A DNA stretch of 64,000 nt from Octopus vulgaris (GCA_951406725.2 OX597833.1:27032001-27096000), one strand, 5' to 3'; shown: positions 1-13,008, counted from the stretch's first letter. The notes: generated from the sequence alone by a model not told the origin. Numbers and translations: made by a program.

Positions 1-46
1 CATAATCCACTACTAATCTTATCGTTCATGTTTACCACCGCCACAA

Positions 47-292
47 GGTAAAAGTAAAGGTTACCATCTCGAGTCCCACCGACTTACAAAGGTCGTTTTC
101 CCGGTTTCCATGGCGCGTGTATATTCTTCACCTGGACGGGACGCGGGTCCGTCGCAGGATTACTCGTTTTTGCCAGCTGAGTGGACTGAAAGGAAATGTC
201 TTGCTCAAGAACACAACGCGTCGCTCGGTCCAGGAATCAAACCAACAATCTTACGATTATGAGTGCAACACCCTCTAACCACTAAGTCACGA
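47..292 (-). mobile_element. tRNA-derived SINE, family C (CCTGCGA(T/C)GGAC...CCCGTCCAGG core, V/Meta-like)
   Basis: Minus strand reads GCTCGTGACTTAGTGGTTAGAGG (A box), GGTTTGATTCC (B box), then CCTGCGACGGACCCGCGTCCCGTCCAGG...GAAACCGGG and a (CCTTTA)-like tail. A homologous 5' part lies at 5993-6111. Confidence 0.75.
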
Positions 293-1479
293 GCTTCCAC
301 ACCACTGCCACTACACTGCTGTCACACCACTACCACCACAACATTACCTCCACGAGAGTACCACGTCTCTACGCCATTACCACCATAAAAGCCAGTTTTC
401 ATCTCTTACACCTTTGTCACTACCACTACTAACCCTGCCGTTACGCCGCCACCATTTTCCCATATATGTCATTTCTTTCTCGTACAACTGTCTTCACAAA
501 TCAATTGTCATACCTGTAATTCTGTCAAATATCTACTATATCACTACTATTATTACTATTTTTTTTTCAGTTTACCACCACCATTATAACACAACCACCA
601 CTGCTAATACAGCCATCTTCCATCATCGATATTCGATTAGAACAACAAAGAATTACATTAATCCTATAACAAACAATTATATTCATTTTCGTTGTAGCAA
701 TAAATTTGATACCGACAATGAAAATATGTTAAATGTCTTTTTACGGTTGTTTTAATTTCTTACCTAACGTAAATTGTCCATATGTATGTGTGTATGTGTG
801 TGTGTGAGTGTGCGTGCGTGTATAAGTGTGCGTGTATGTGTGCGTGTATATGTGCGTGCGTGTGTGTATGTGCGTGTGAGAGAGAAGGGGGAGAGAGCGT
901 GTTTACATATATTTGCGCTGTTACAAATAGTGTGGATGGAGGTAAAAGCTTCTCTTTCAGGTTAATACTCTGACCCATTAGTCTTGAATGTATCAGCCTC
1001 ACAAGGCATAATACTTGAGCCTCTCTAGTTCTAAGTCTTCGTGAATCTCCTCGTTCTATGCAAACAAGCTGCACCTCTAAGCTAAGGACTCCACAATCTT
1101 TGCACCAGTAAGATCGACAAGAAAAATCAATGTAGCTGTTGCTAGCTTAAATAAAGAGCTTGTGTGGATCTATGCAGCAAATTGGAAAATAACATGAGAG
1201 CTTTCAATAAAAAGGTCAACAAAACTTGCAAATATATTTTGGAAATTGCTGGCTACCTGTAAACAAGCAGCGAAAGATCTTGGGAATACGCATAGACAGC
1301 AGAGTAGACAGAGAAGAGATCTCCGCTATACGTAACAGAGATGACCAGAGGCAAGGGATACTATGAAACATGGCAGTCAAGTTGAAATAGAAGCTGTTCG
1401 GACAAATGACACACAAATAAACCAACCAACAGTAGACGAAAATATGGCTCTTAAGTTTATTGAAATTCATTGAACTGAA

Positions 1480-1635
1480 GCAGCGGTGTGGTAAGTAGCC
1501 TACTTACCAACCACATGGTTCAGGGTTCAGTCCCATTGCGTAGTAACTTGGGTGTCTTCTACTATAACCTCGGGCCGGCCAAAGCCTTGTGAGTGGATAT
1601 GGTAAACGAAAACTGAAAGAAGTTGGTCATATATA

Positions 1636-1683
<48 letters not shown>

Positions 1684-1895
1684 CGCGCGTGTGTCTTTGT
1701 GTGTCTCCCCAACATCGCTTGACAACCGATGTTGGTGTGTTTACGTCCCCCTAACTTAGAGGTTCGGCAAACAGACCTATAGAATAAGTACCAGGCTTAC
1801 AAAGAATAAGTTCTGGAATCGATTTGTTCGACTAAAGGCGTTGCTCCTGCATGGCCGCAGTCAAATGACTGAAACATTTAAATGAATAAAAGAAT
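1480..1895 (+). mobile_element. tRNA-derived SINE, family A (internal TA/TG microsatellite)
   Basis: GTGTGGTAAG A box, GGTTCAGTCCC B box, internal (TG)n, tail GGCGTTGCTCCTGCATGGCCGCAGTCAAATGACTGAAAC plus A-rich end. Many homologous copies in the window. Confidence 0.9.
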
Positions 1896-2221
1896 ATGAC
1901 CAGCTTACAACAGACAAGGGACAGGTTGCTGCAGCAATAATTTTCTACAAATGCACACAGGCCATAGCTCTTCAAAACTGTAGACAATAATATCATTACC
2001 GTTTCACGAGAGTTAGGCTTACGCACGGCTAATATCACAAATGATGAACAATACGTTGTTCGTTACAGCTTTCAGCCAGCTCGCTCTTTTCTGCGAGAGT
2101 AACAAGGGAGTGTCTGTAGGTCGGTTGAGAACAACTTTTTTCAGGACGGAGGCCTCCTTTCTAAAGTGTCAGATTTTCGAAGTGTATCATTATTGAAAGA
2201 TATGTAGACATATATGGATAC

Positions 2222-2254
<33 letters not shown>

Positions 2255-2360
2255 TGTGTGTGTTTGTGTATTTATGTATGTGTACAAAGGGAGAGAATAT
2301 GCAGAAAACAGGTATGATATTTTTCCTATTTTTCCTTTTATAAGGCCCTTACTCCGTATT

Positions 2361-2553
2361 CTGTGTGTCAGTGTGTCCACCCTCCATTACCGATTAACAA
2401 ACGGCGTTGATGCGTTTATGTCCCTGCAAGTCAGCAGTTCGATAAAAGTATCCGACATGATAAGTACCACGTCGATTCATTCGACTAAAGAAATTCTTCA
2501 AGGCGGTGCCCCAGGAGTCTAATGACTAAATAAGTACAAGATAAAAGATAAAA
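2361..2553 (+). mobile_element. SINE family A, degenerate 3' half
   Basis: Similarity to the 3' half of 1480-1895: ...TTCGACTAAAG...AAGGCGGTGCCCCAG...AATGACTAAA...AAGATAAAAGATAAAAG. Confidence 0.7.
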
Positions 2554-3308
2554 GCTTTGTGCGCGTGCGCGCGTGTGTGTGAGTGTGTGCGCACGTGTGC
2601 GTAAACTTCGATATATCACTAAGTATGGATCTACACTTAGAAAATTCTTCTCTGATGCTCAAGTCCGGGCAAGTTTTTTTTTATGGATGACCTAATGCCT
2701 CCGATCTTGTTCATGTCGGTGACAATACAATGTTGTTCCAGTAATTTTTCTGGCGTTGCTACCGTTATAATGCAAAGAACTGGAACAGATAATGCAACTT
2801 ATATCCTCCGAGCTCTAACTATTCTGCTCATCCTCCGGTTTAGTTAATAGTACTTTATTTATCGAACCCAAAATGATAAAAAGTGAGATTTGATCTCACA
2901 GCGCAGTTGTTCAAAACAAATATCGCCTGGCATATTTTCCGATGCTCTGAAGATTCTGTCAATTCACTCCTTTTCATGTACACACACACACATACTTACA
3001 TACATACACATAGATACAGAACCTCTGTTGATTGCTTCTTAATTTGTTTTCTGTGTTTCAGACAAATGAAATAACACGAACGGTGTTATTTAGGTGAAGT
3101 TCTTATACTAAGAGTGTGATCAAATTTGCAGCTGGCGGTTTACCAATTTCTCTTATCGGGATTTCATTTTTTTCAGTCAGGTGTCTCATGCGTCTCTGTA
3201 CGTCAGCGTAAATGAGCACACACACACACATACATACATGCATAAGTATACACACACAGAGACAAATATAGTACGTAAGGGGAGTATTAGTGAAATCCAG
3301 GCAATATA

Positions 3309-3365
3309 TATGAGGGTGTGCTGCAAAGTTCCTGGCCTTGGATAAAAGAAAATACAGGAGGATCA
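3309..3365 (+). mobile_element. Tc1/mariner-type terminal fragment
   Basis: TATGAGGGTGTGCTGCAAAGTTCCTGGCC resembles mariner TIRs (compare TACGAGGGGCGTTCAATAAGT at 15388); no partner TIR found. Confidence 0.4.
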
Positions 3366-3576
3366 CTTATATTATAATGGACCATTATAATTGTCATATT
3401 ATAATGGTCATTATAGTATGTTGTATGTAACTATAAAATATTTCCTTATCTCTATTTTTCAATACATCTCAACGCTTCTAAAGCAAACTTTGTTTACTTT
3501 CATCGTAGTTTGAATTTAACATAGTGTCTTATAAGCTAGATTTATAAGTTCAAAAATTGCAGATTAATTTTTCGGT

Positions 3577-3650
3577 GGGCAGTTTAGCTTAATGGTAAAG
3601 CACTATGACCGGTAATCACAAGGGTGTGAGTTGAAGTCTCATGACTGGCT
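3577..3650 (+). pseudogene. tRNA-like sequence (GGT/Thr-type loop), inside a direct-repeat cassette
   Basis: Acceptor GGGCAGT/ACTGGCT, D stem GCTT/AAGC with TGG loop, anticodon loop CCGGTAA, T stem GTGAG/CTCAT with degenerate loop TTGAAGT. Confidence 0.6.
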
Positions 3651-4056
3651 ACTGGCAAATTTTTCTGCAAAATATGCTTATTATATTCTGTTAGCATTAT
3701 TCTGCGTTTGAGAATAAATTATTTCCTTATCTGTATCTTTCAATATTTCTCAACGCTTCTGAAGCAAACTTTGTTTACTCCGTAGTTCGAATTTAACTAT
3801 AAAATAAATTTGGTGGCTGTACAAGTGTCCATACTCTTTATAATCATTAATATTAATATATACTCCAGACACCCTTTTACTGTCCAGCGTAGGAGACACG
3901 GAATTACCTAAAGGAAGAATTCATGGAGTGACTAACTAATAATTGTCGACACAGATGTTGGATACTGATCGTTGTGGTTAACCATTAACTGGAACTCAAC
4001 GGAGAGCTAACACGGTATCATCCTGAACAATATATCCCTCCAAACTCATATATATA

Positions 4057-4163
<107 letters not shown>

Positions 4164-4524
4164 TATACATTTAAACACAATGAGAGGTATCCATCATAGG
4201 ACTCCCTTACGCGAGAAGAAACAGCTAATGTCCAAACCCCTAATTAGGGAAAAAATCTCGAAGGGAATGAAAAATAAAAACATTTACTATCTATTTCCTG
4301 GACCATGCTTTCAAACATTTTTTAGCAAATAAAATAATTTGCCAGGCAAAGTCTTCGTCAACAGGTACGCCTAGCTTAAACATATAAGTACGAGGCAAAT
4401 TCAGCATGTCCCTCCTGCTTATACATTTTAATTTTTCAAATCCACCGCGCAAGCGCAGTTTTTTGTCGGCAGCAAAAATGCCGGCAATTTCTTCGAACAA
4501 TTTTCCAGAAATCATTATACATAA

Positions 4525-4733
4525 TTAATAATATCAGGGTAATAAAGATTTTAGACATTTTTACTACCAGAGGCCTAGCGTATAGAAAAATTAGTCAATA
4601 GACTATATATTATTCATATAATGTACACTGTATTTTGTATGAATAATATATATTGTCTATTGACTAATTTTTCTATACGCTAGGCCACTGGTAGTAAAAA
4701 TATCTAAAATCTTTATTACCCTTATATTATTAA
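4525..4733. repeat. Long inverted repeat (about 95-bp arms) abutting (TA)n
   Basis: TAATAATATCAGGGTAATAAAG...TATTCATA is the reverse complement of TATGAATA...CTTTATTACCCTTATATTATTA, with few mismatches. Confidence 0.92.
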
Positions 4734-5992
4734 ATATATATATATATATATATACATATTGCAAACTGGTACTGTTGTATAACGGTGTAATGCAATGCAG
4801 CAATTTGCTCCTTTTTTTAAATCCAAAAGTTACAATTTAGCTGCCCACAAATAGAGATGTTTTAAATAAGTACGAGACATAAATTTGAAATGGGGTCTTT
4901 TGCAGTGAGTAAAAACCGTCTAAACGCTATATACAAACATGACCATCAAAATATTCTCTAAAACCAGTCATGGAAGGGAAAATAAATATATATTACATCA
5001 TCCTAAATTGGAAAGCTTTTACGCCGCAGTATAAATTCGAAGAAATATAAAACGAATTAGGAAAAATATAAAATAAATGAAAGTAGAACTAAAATAGAGG
5101 AAAATTTTTCAAGAAATTCATGTTATGAAACAATAGGCAAACAAAAGCGTATTGATATCTCAAGAAATTATGATATAATTATGTGTTATAGCTATCATAT
5201 AATGAGGTATTGAAGATATATATACGTACACTAAGTTGAAATAGTTGCTGCGCGCTGAAAAAATATACTACACCACTTTTTAATTACCATAGTGACAAAA
5301 CCATTATTTTAGAAAAAATATAAAGCAATAAAAACAGGCAATGTATGTCTGTGCGTGTGTGTGCGTGTGTGTATGCTTGTGTGTGAATGAGAGGAATTGT
5401 CAGTATGTATGTGTGAGAATATATGTGTGTTTATGAATGTACAGAGTTGTATATTACATTAAACACAAACATACACACACATATTATATACATATGTGTA
5501 TGTGCTCTGCGCACTCGCACACTCGTGTATGAATATATGCGTATATTATGTAAGACTCAATAATATATATATATATTGATATATAAGCGAAGGTGAATTT
5601 ATATAATATCATATTATTGATTTATACGATTGTATGCAAATATGAGAGTATGTAAGTTTGAGTTTATAAAATAGTGGAAATTTATGCCATAAGAGAGTTA
5701 GATATAAATATGAGACTGTTTACCCTTATAGACGCCAGAGTAACGCATTTTGCCGCTTTTTACGTAATAAATTTAGTATTGGTTATATTTATATCTAAAA
5801 TATAGATGGACATCTAATAATGGATGAAAATGAGTATAATTACTTACATATATGTAAACACAGACATTTTAACTGTTGCACAGTACGAAAAGGCCAAAAA
5901 GGTACATGTAAGTGACGGTGAAATTGTATATAGGCATTTATGTGCATAGCAATATAAGCCATTATGTATATATATATACATATAATATAGAT

Positions 5993-6111
5993 CCACGTGG
6001 CTTTGTGGTTAGGGTGTTACACTCATTATCATAAGATTGTGGCTTCCATTCTGAGCGACGTGTTGTATTCTTGAGCAAAGCTGTTCATTTCACATTGCTC
6101 CAGTCCACCCA
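5993..6111 (+). mobile_element. SINE family C, 5' fragment
   Basis: CGTGGCTTTGTGGTTAGGGTGTTACACTCA...GTATTCTTGAGCAAAG...CAGTCCAC matches the reverse complement of 180-292. Confidence 0.65.
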
Positions 6112-6121
6112 GTACATATGG

Positions 6122-6240
6122 TTCTGATGCATGTACTTGGTGTACTCTTATCAGAGTGGTAGTCATGATGGGTATATTGGGCTTCGTATATTTGTACCTC
6201 AATGCCACTTTCATGGCATGTGCTGCTCTCTCACTCACTG
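6122..6240 (+). mobile_element. 3' fragment of the ~550-bp (AAT)n-associated repeat
   Basis: GGTAGTCATGATGGGTATA..GGGCTTCGTATATTT...GCTCTCTCACTCA matches 43995-44076 and is followed by (AAT)n. Confidence 0.75.
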
Positions 6241-6319
<79 letters not shown>

Positions 6320-6333
6320 TAATAATAATAATG

Positions 6334-6410
<77 letters not shown>
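6241..6410. repeat. (AAT)n(GAT)n microsatellite
   Basis: Direct reading. Confidence 0.97.
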
Positions 6411-6412
<2 letters not shown>

Positions 6413-6666
6413 CTGTAATTGGCCACAAGGACCCAAGACATGCAGGGCAATATCAAAGGACGAGAAACAACACACAAAACATTGACCAAAGGGAGACACT
6501 ACAGCATTAAAGGATGCACAAATAGAAATTAGATAAATAAATAATAAATAAATAGAATCTTCAAAGGCGTGGTAGTCCACTTCGTGCAATTCCGGGTAGA
6601 ATCACACACAAAATGTCCCACAATAAACGATCATGTATTTATGTGTGTGATATATTACGTGTAATA

Positions 6667-7020
6667 GGCGCAGGTGTGACTGTGTAGGAAGAAGCTTGCT
6701 TCGAAGCCATATGGTTCCGGGTACACCTCGGGCATGTGTTTTCTACTTTAGCCTCGGGTTGAACAAAGGTAGCTGGAAACCGAAAGAAGCCCGTTGTGTA
6801 TGTGTGGGGGGTTATGTCTATGTTTGCCCCCCGCTATCACTTGACAACCGGTGTTGTGTTTACGTCCTGATAACTTAGCGTTTCGGCAAATGAGACCGAG
6901 AGAATAAGTACCGGGCTTTAATAAATAAGTTCTGGGACCGATTTATTCGACTAATAGTCCTTTAAGGCAGTATCTCAGCATGGCCACAGTCTAATGACTG
7001 AAACAAGTAAAATATAAAAG
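6667..7020 (+). mobile_element. SINE family A
   Basis: GGCGCAGGTGTGACTGTGTAGGAAGAAGCTTGCTTC head and CAGCATGGCCACAGTCTAATGACTGAAACAAGTAAAA tail. Confidence 0.85.
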
Positions 7021-7416
7021 ATGTATACGTGCATAGTATTATGTCATTAATATATCGATTTCCAAGAATCCACGTCATGTAACCAAACCACGAGGTTGTA
7101 AAACGAACTTCACAAATATTTGGTCATGTTTGTTTTGACTATGGCCGCGGATTGCTTCAAGTCTTGTGAATGAAACTGGGTAGATGGCAACTCTACGGAC
7201 ACACACCAGATGGATCGCATCTTGTAATACTGTCATATGGACTCCAACTGAAAATTGAGCTAAGAGTACACATGAGTGAGGAGTATTCAGCGACTTAACT
7301 CTTGACTCAGTAAGCAGCGAATTCAGGTCATTGACCATCCGAATATTCATTTTCCGATATGTGAAAGCATACACGCGCGCGCGCACACACACGCTTGCAA
7401 GCCCCTGCGCACCCAT

Positions 7417-7482
<66 letters not shown>

Positions 7483-7882
7483 CATATATATATAGGGTAA
7501 CTGCAGGCATGTGCACTTGCTTACATGTATCTATGTGTACAGGCATGCTCGCATATGTATACATATATCTATATATTTACTTGTATGTACTTGTAAGAAA
7601 GGCGTGCGTCTGATAGAATGAGATTAGTATACTCCTTACTAGAAATACCTTAAGCCACCTAGAATGGTTTCGTACTGGTAAGGCCTGTACGTATAACACA
7701 GATAAACACATGTCAGGGTTACTAAGAGAATCAGCATATTACACCCATTTGTATGTTTCATAGATAGCCGTTAACACGTTGTTCACCACTCCACTTGTGG
7801 ATAGGTATTAATATCTTTTATCCTGTCAGAATATCCTTTCGCACTAACTGTGTATATATATATATATATATATATACACAGC

Positions 7883-9223
7883 CAGTGGCGAATGGATCTA
7901 CAAATATTGGTTGCCATGAGACTAAGGGGACCCACCCGCAGCTGCAATGCTATCATTTAATTTTTGTGAGGAATAAATAAAATTTTCGAGATAATATATA
8001 ACAAAAACATGCAAGTGAAATTTTTGCCGAAAAATGTATATTTTTGAATAATCATAATGTATATGTACCGTACATATTACTGGCAGTATATAGGAATACC
8101 AAATGTAAATTCAGAATGAAATTTTGAATAAATCTTTCGGTGAATATATAGTATACTGTTACTTTGGAAGTGTACTCTTATTTTGAAATTTTTAAACCAA
8201 ACTGAAAAGACCAATAAATCTATAAATCAATTTCATAATTTTTAATGAAGACTTTTACTGTCAAAGTGATAGTTATGTCTTCTCATGAAAATCACGGCAT
8301 TCTAACCAATACCACGTCTTCATAAATATACATCATTTGTTTGTTTGTTTGCTCTTTACGAAAGAGATTTCTTTCAAACAACATGTTCATATATTGTCTT
8401 TAATTATACGTACATATGCCGAGAATTCTATCACCCCCACTTCGATTGCTCTTCTGCTTTTAATATTTTACTTCCTTCTATTATTCTTTTTTTCCATGCT
8501 CTTGCCATTACTTTTTTTTATATATAAAGCCCTTATAACATTTTCAAAATAGCAGTATATTATACATGTATCAATTTTTTAAAGTTCTAAATAATTGGTA
8601 GATATTTTTAAATAGTTTACTTGTGCTGCACACTTTACACATTAACAGATAGTTCAAATGTGCAAAACGTGTATTATATGCAGTCCACTATATTCAGAAC
8701 AATTGAGTTTTTCAATAACTTTTTTCCAATACACACATTTTACGGAATGATGATGCGGAAGTAACACACGCATGATATATTGCTGGGATCTAAACAACAA
8801 CAAAATAAATTTTACTTTAAATCCCCCACCAAGCGAGGCCGTGTGTGTGCGTGTGTTTGTGTGTGTATGTGTGCGTGTGTGTGTGTGTGAAATTTTTTAA
8901 AATTATAAACAGAAACAGCGGGTGTGAAAAAAATCAGAAATTTTTAATGATTTTTCAATAGCATAAATGTGCTTATAGGGGGAAAATATTGCAAAACAAC
9001 TAAGGAAGTGTTTGACCAACTGCTTTGATCAATTGTTTTATTTGGGTCCTTTAAAATCTTTATTCTTTCTCTAACTCTTCATATATTTTCTTTGAAAGTA
9101 AAGTTATTTTTCATACGCCCCCTACTTACTAGCTTGTCCGCCCCCACCCCCGCATATGGACCCTAATGTCTAAGGAGGCCCGTTTACTATTGGACACGCT
9201 GACAACCTACCAGTACGCCAATT
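7883..9223. mobile_element. Possible decayed hAT-like DNA transposon
   Basis: Imperfect TIRs CAGTGGCGAATGG and CCAGTACGCCAAT with GC-rich subterminal blocks; no readable transposase ORF. Confidence 0.35.
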
Positions 9224-9433
9224 TATACTCTAGTATTGTATTTGCTGGTAGGCTGCTATTGGCGTGGTAGTGTATTCTACTCCACAACGCCAGTAGCAGC
9301 CTACCAACAAATACATGAAGTATATACGTTGAGTATATATGGTTGATAATGTTTATAAAATAGCTTTACTGCCATCGATAAATATACAAGTACATAGTTA
9401 TAAATATATACATTACGAACAGATATGTACGCA

Positions 9434-9590
<157 letters not shown>

Positions 9591-9791
9591 ACATATATAT
9601 ATATATATATGTGTGTGTGTGTATGTATGTATGTATGTATGTGTATATATATATATATATAATATACAAAGGCAAAAAAACTAAAGGATTTTACATTTAG
9701 ATATAATTGGGGTACTTATGTGTACACATGACTCTAGCTTGTGCTTTTTTCTATTGGTGCGTGTAAGTATTTCATTTATTTCTTATCGTAT

Positions 9792-9850
9792 TTTCTACTG
9801 AAGATGGAAGAATCCATAGGATTAATCCCGAAATTTATTCAATATAGAAA
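9792..9850 (+). ncRNA. Type I hammerhead ribozyme motif
   Basis: Stem I TTTCTA/TAGAAA, core CTGAAGA (9798-9804), stem II GGA...TCC, GAAA, stem III ATT/AAT, triplet ATA; stem II closing pair is mismatched (T-C). Confidence 0.6.
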
Positions 9851-10648
9851 TAACGAACTTTTTTTTAAAATTCTGTTGGTTAACTTTCCTCGATTTCAAC
9901 ACGACGTGTATTTATAGTGAATGTATAATGAAATGTGGAAATTGACGATTTAAAGTCTGTTCTCCGCATATTGGTATAGAAATAATGGAGAAATCGATAT
10001 ACAGACATCAATTTATTGAAACAAACCTAATTTTGAACCGTATCAAACTCATAGATCCTACGATCATTTCCATGCCCAATTCATTCAAATTAGAAAAATT
10101 AAATTAGAGATTCATAATGAATATAGTTAATTGGACATTTTGTCAGGGTCAGAACTTGATATAAAAAGGAACTACATAACAATATTGATATACTCTGCAT
10201 GAAATTCAGATATTTGTTGACATCCGTTTAAGAGGCATTTATATCCTTGAAATAATGATATATAAAGAACAAGGAAAACAATAGAATTCAAAAGGATGTA
10301 AACAGTATTAGACTGACTCTCAGAGAAATTTTAAGATTGAAAAAGAGTGTGTGGTGTTTCGAAAATGGCTCTTCGTCAGAAAGAGGAAAGAAGGAAAAAG
10401 TCTCGTGGGGACGAAATGAATAGTCCGAGAAAGGTATGTGAGTCGTTTCATGTCTGAAAAAAAATTAGCTACATGAAATGTGTCATGCGTCAGGGATAAT
10501 GAATGGACTTGGATGGAGTGCAAAAACTTTTCACGTATATAAGCAGCAAGCACACGCGTATACATTTATATACACTCATATATGCTTGCCTACATATAAA
10601 TAAAGATGTATAAACTTATGTGCCTGAATTTGTCTCAGAACATATATT

Positions 10649-10864
10649 GGTTTCAAACTTTGGCACAAGACCAGCAATTTCAAGGGAAAGGGTAAGCCGA
10701 TTACATGGACCCCACTGTTCAACTGGTACATATTCTATTAACCTCAAAATGATGAAGTGGAAAGTCGACATCGGTAAAATTTGAACTCAGAACGTAAAAA
10801 GCGGAAGAAATGCCGCTAAACATTTTACCCGGCTGCTAACGATTCTGCCAGGTCGGTGCCTTTA
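10649..10864 (-). mobile_element. tRNA-derived SINE, family B, with 14-bp TSD
   Basis: Minus strand GGCACCGACCTGGCAGAATCGTTAGC...GAGTTCAAATT...GTCGACTTTCCACTTCATC; TSD TCAGAACATATATT at 10635-10648 and 10865-10878. Confidence 0.88.
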
Positions 10865-11198
10865 TCAGAACATATATTAATACTTCAAAATATTATGACG
10901 TGTGGCGCAAAATTATGAGATATATTTATGAGAAAATACACATGTGATGTAATATTACTATGTAAACGAACTGGATTATTGTAGCAGGGAAACATGAATA
11001 ATTCAGGGTTGAAAATAATGAAGAATGAAACTAGAAAGTACATTAAGAAATTCAGATTATAAAGCATAAACGATAAAAGTCATAGATAGTGTAAGAGTGA
11101 ATCAGATGACGTCTATAACAATGGAGTTTAAGTAGATTTCTCTCTCACTTCTTCTCTCTCTCTATCTCTCTATCTCTCTTTCTCCCTCGCTGTATATA

Positions 11199-11333
11199 TA
11201 GGCGTGGCTCTGTGCCACCCAATTACATGGTTCTGGGTTCAGTCTCATTGTGTGGAACCTTGGCCAAGAGTCTTCTGCTATAGCCTTGGGCCGACCAAAG
11301 CCTTGTGAGTGGATGTAGTAAAAGAAGTCCGTC

Positions 11334-11389
<56 letters not shown>

Positions 11390-11585
11390 TTGTGTGAGGT
11401 TGTTAGTTCCACCACAATCGCTTGACAACCGTAACTTAGCGGTTCGATAAAAATAGGCCGATAGAATAAGTACTACGCTTACAAAGGATAAGTCCTGGGG
11501 TCGATCTCTTCGACTAACTCACTTTAAGGTGGTACTCCAGCACGGCCGCAGTCAAATGACTGCAACAAGTAAAAGAATAAAATAA
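11199..11585 (+). mobile_element. SINE family A
   Basis: Head GGTTCTGGGTTCAGTCTC, internal (TA)n, tail CCAGCACGGCCGCAGTCAAATGACTGCAACAAGTAAAAGAATAAA. Confidence 0.85.
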
Positions 11586-11636
11586 TATGTATCATGTATG
11601 TGTATGTATGAAAGACGGAGAGAGAGAGAATATATG

Positions 11637-11677
<41 letters not shown>

Positions 11678-12329
11678 TGTCTGTATGTGTATTTGTGTGT
11701 TTGCGTGTGTCGGAGAGCGTGCGCGCATGTGTGTATGTTGTATTCTCTGTATTCGTCGCTAGGATTCAGGTTAGAATAGTGCTTAAGCAAGGTAATTATA
11801 TGCTGATGTAGAAAACAATCCTGTTTTTGACGACGTTAAGATGTGAGGAATAACGAAAAATAGTGAAGAAAACGAAACAGTGAAACTATTAGGACAACAT
11901 GCTTAGTTTCTTACTTGCTGCTTCTTTTTTATGTTCCTTTTTTTATCATTTACTGAACACCACAAACGAAGCAATGAAGTTAAAATGACAAACCTACAAA
12001 AGGTTATATGTATAATGTCTAATACTTGTATATTGAAATACGAAGAAATAGTAATTAAAATCTACTTATTTAAATGAATTTACTTGTTTCAAAATTTGTC
12101 AATCACAAAAATATCTGAAGACAACAGCAAAAGAAAATTGTGATACTGAAGTTTGAGATTATATGCAACATCTTTCAAGTAATTATCATCATAATAATTA
12201 CTCGAATTTTTTGTCAAAAATCCTAATTACATTTCCAATGTTAACATCTCTGCAGTTCTTCTTTTGGTTCATTTCTTATTGACAAATAAATTTGTTTAGA
12301 TTGCTTGGCTTCAGTTGTTTGATTAAATT

Positions 12330-12622
12330 CTGGAAGAGTCAGACAACAAACGCCGACTTATACCGGGAACTACCGAAAGTGACATTGAAGACACAGTGTA
12401 GAAGGTCGAGGCTAGCTGGACACTGCATCAGGCATACAGATGAACTTGCTAACAGGCTACCAACGGAAGGAAGAAATAGGAGAGGAAGGAGGAAGATGAC
12501 CTATATCGACAACTGGAAGATACTGGTATGGATGGGATACAGGAGCTGAAGACCATTATGGAAGATCGTAATGAATGGAGAAAACGTGTGGAAACAGTCT
12601 TAGGGTGTCCTGGGGGGCGACC

Positions 12623-12623
<1 letters not shown>
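12330..12623 (+). mobile_element. RTE-clade LINE 3' fragment ending in (GATA)n
   Basis: Translation NADLYRELPKV...RRSRLAGHCIRH...PTEGRNRRGRRKMTYID is typical of the RTE ORF C-terminus; followed by (GATA)n at 12624-12720. Confidence 0.75.
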
Positions 12624-12721
<98 letters not shown>

Positions 12722-12849
12722 GTGCGTTTTCATATATGTGTGCGTATTGTTATCTCCCCTGTATCTCCGAATCTATTAATTATTACAGAGTAAGTAATTG
12801 AAGTTAAAAACATGAGAAGCAGATATATCTAATACATTTAAAAGAAGTA

Positions 12850-13005
12850 ATAAACGAGAAGTTTACTTCCTAACCATGTGGTTCCGGGTTCATTCCCACT
12901 GCTTGGCACCTTCGGAAGGTATCTTCCGCTAAAGACCCGAGACCTAAGCCGAGCAAAACCTGGCGAATGGATCTGAGGGCCGGATACTGAAAGAAAGCCT
13001 CCCTT

Positions 13006-13008
<3 letters not shown>
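12850..13008 (+). mobile_element. SINE family A, 5' half (degenerate 3' half at about 13590-13735)
   Basis: ACCATGTGGTTCCGGGTTCATTCCCACTG...CTGAAAGAAAGCC then (TA)n; a 3'-half-like sequence GGGGTCGATTTGTTCGACTAAA resumes near 13645. Confidence 0.65.

Noticed and set aside
966-1440. CR1/L2-like RT remnant (KDLG-IRIDSR with a frameshift)
   Set aside because: Single weak motif; cannot be supported without an alignment
7075-7330. Possible host exon (also 23564-23752, 35173-35410, 54726-55058)
   Set aside because: No recognisable domain or convincing splice-site pair; more likely old repeat fragments
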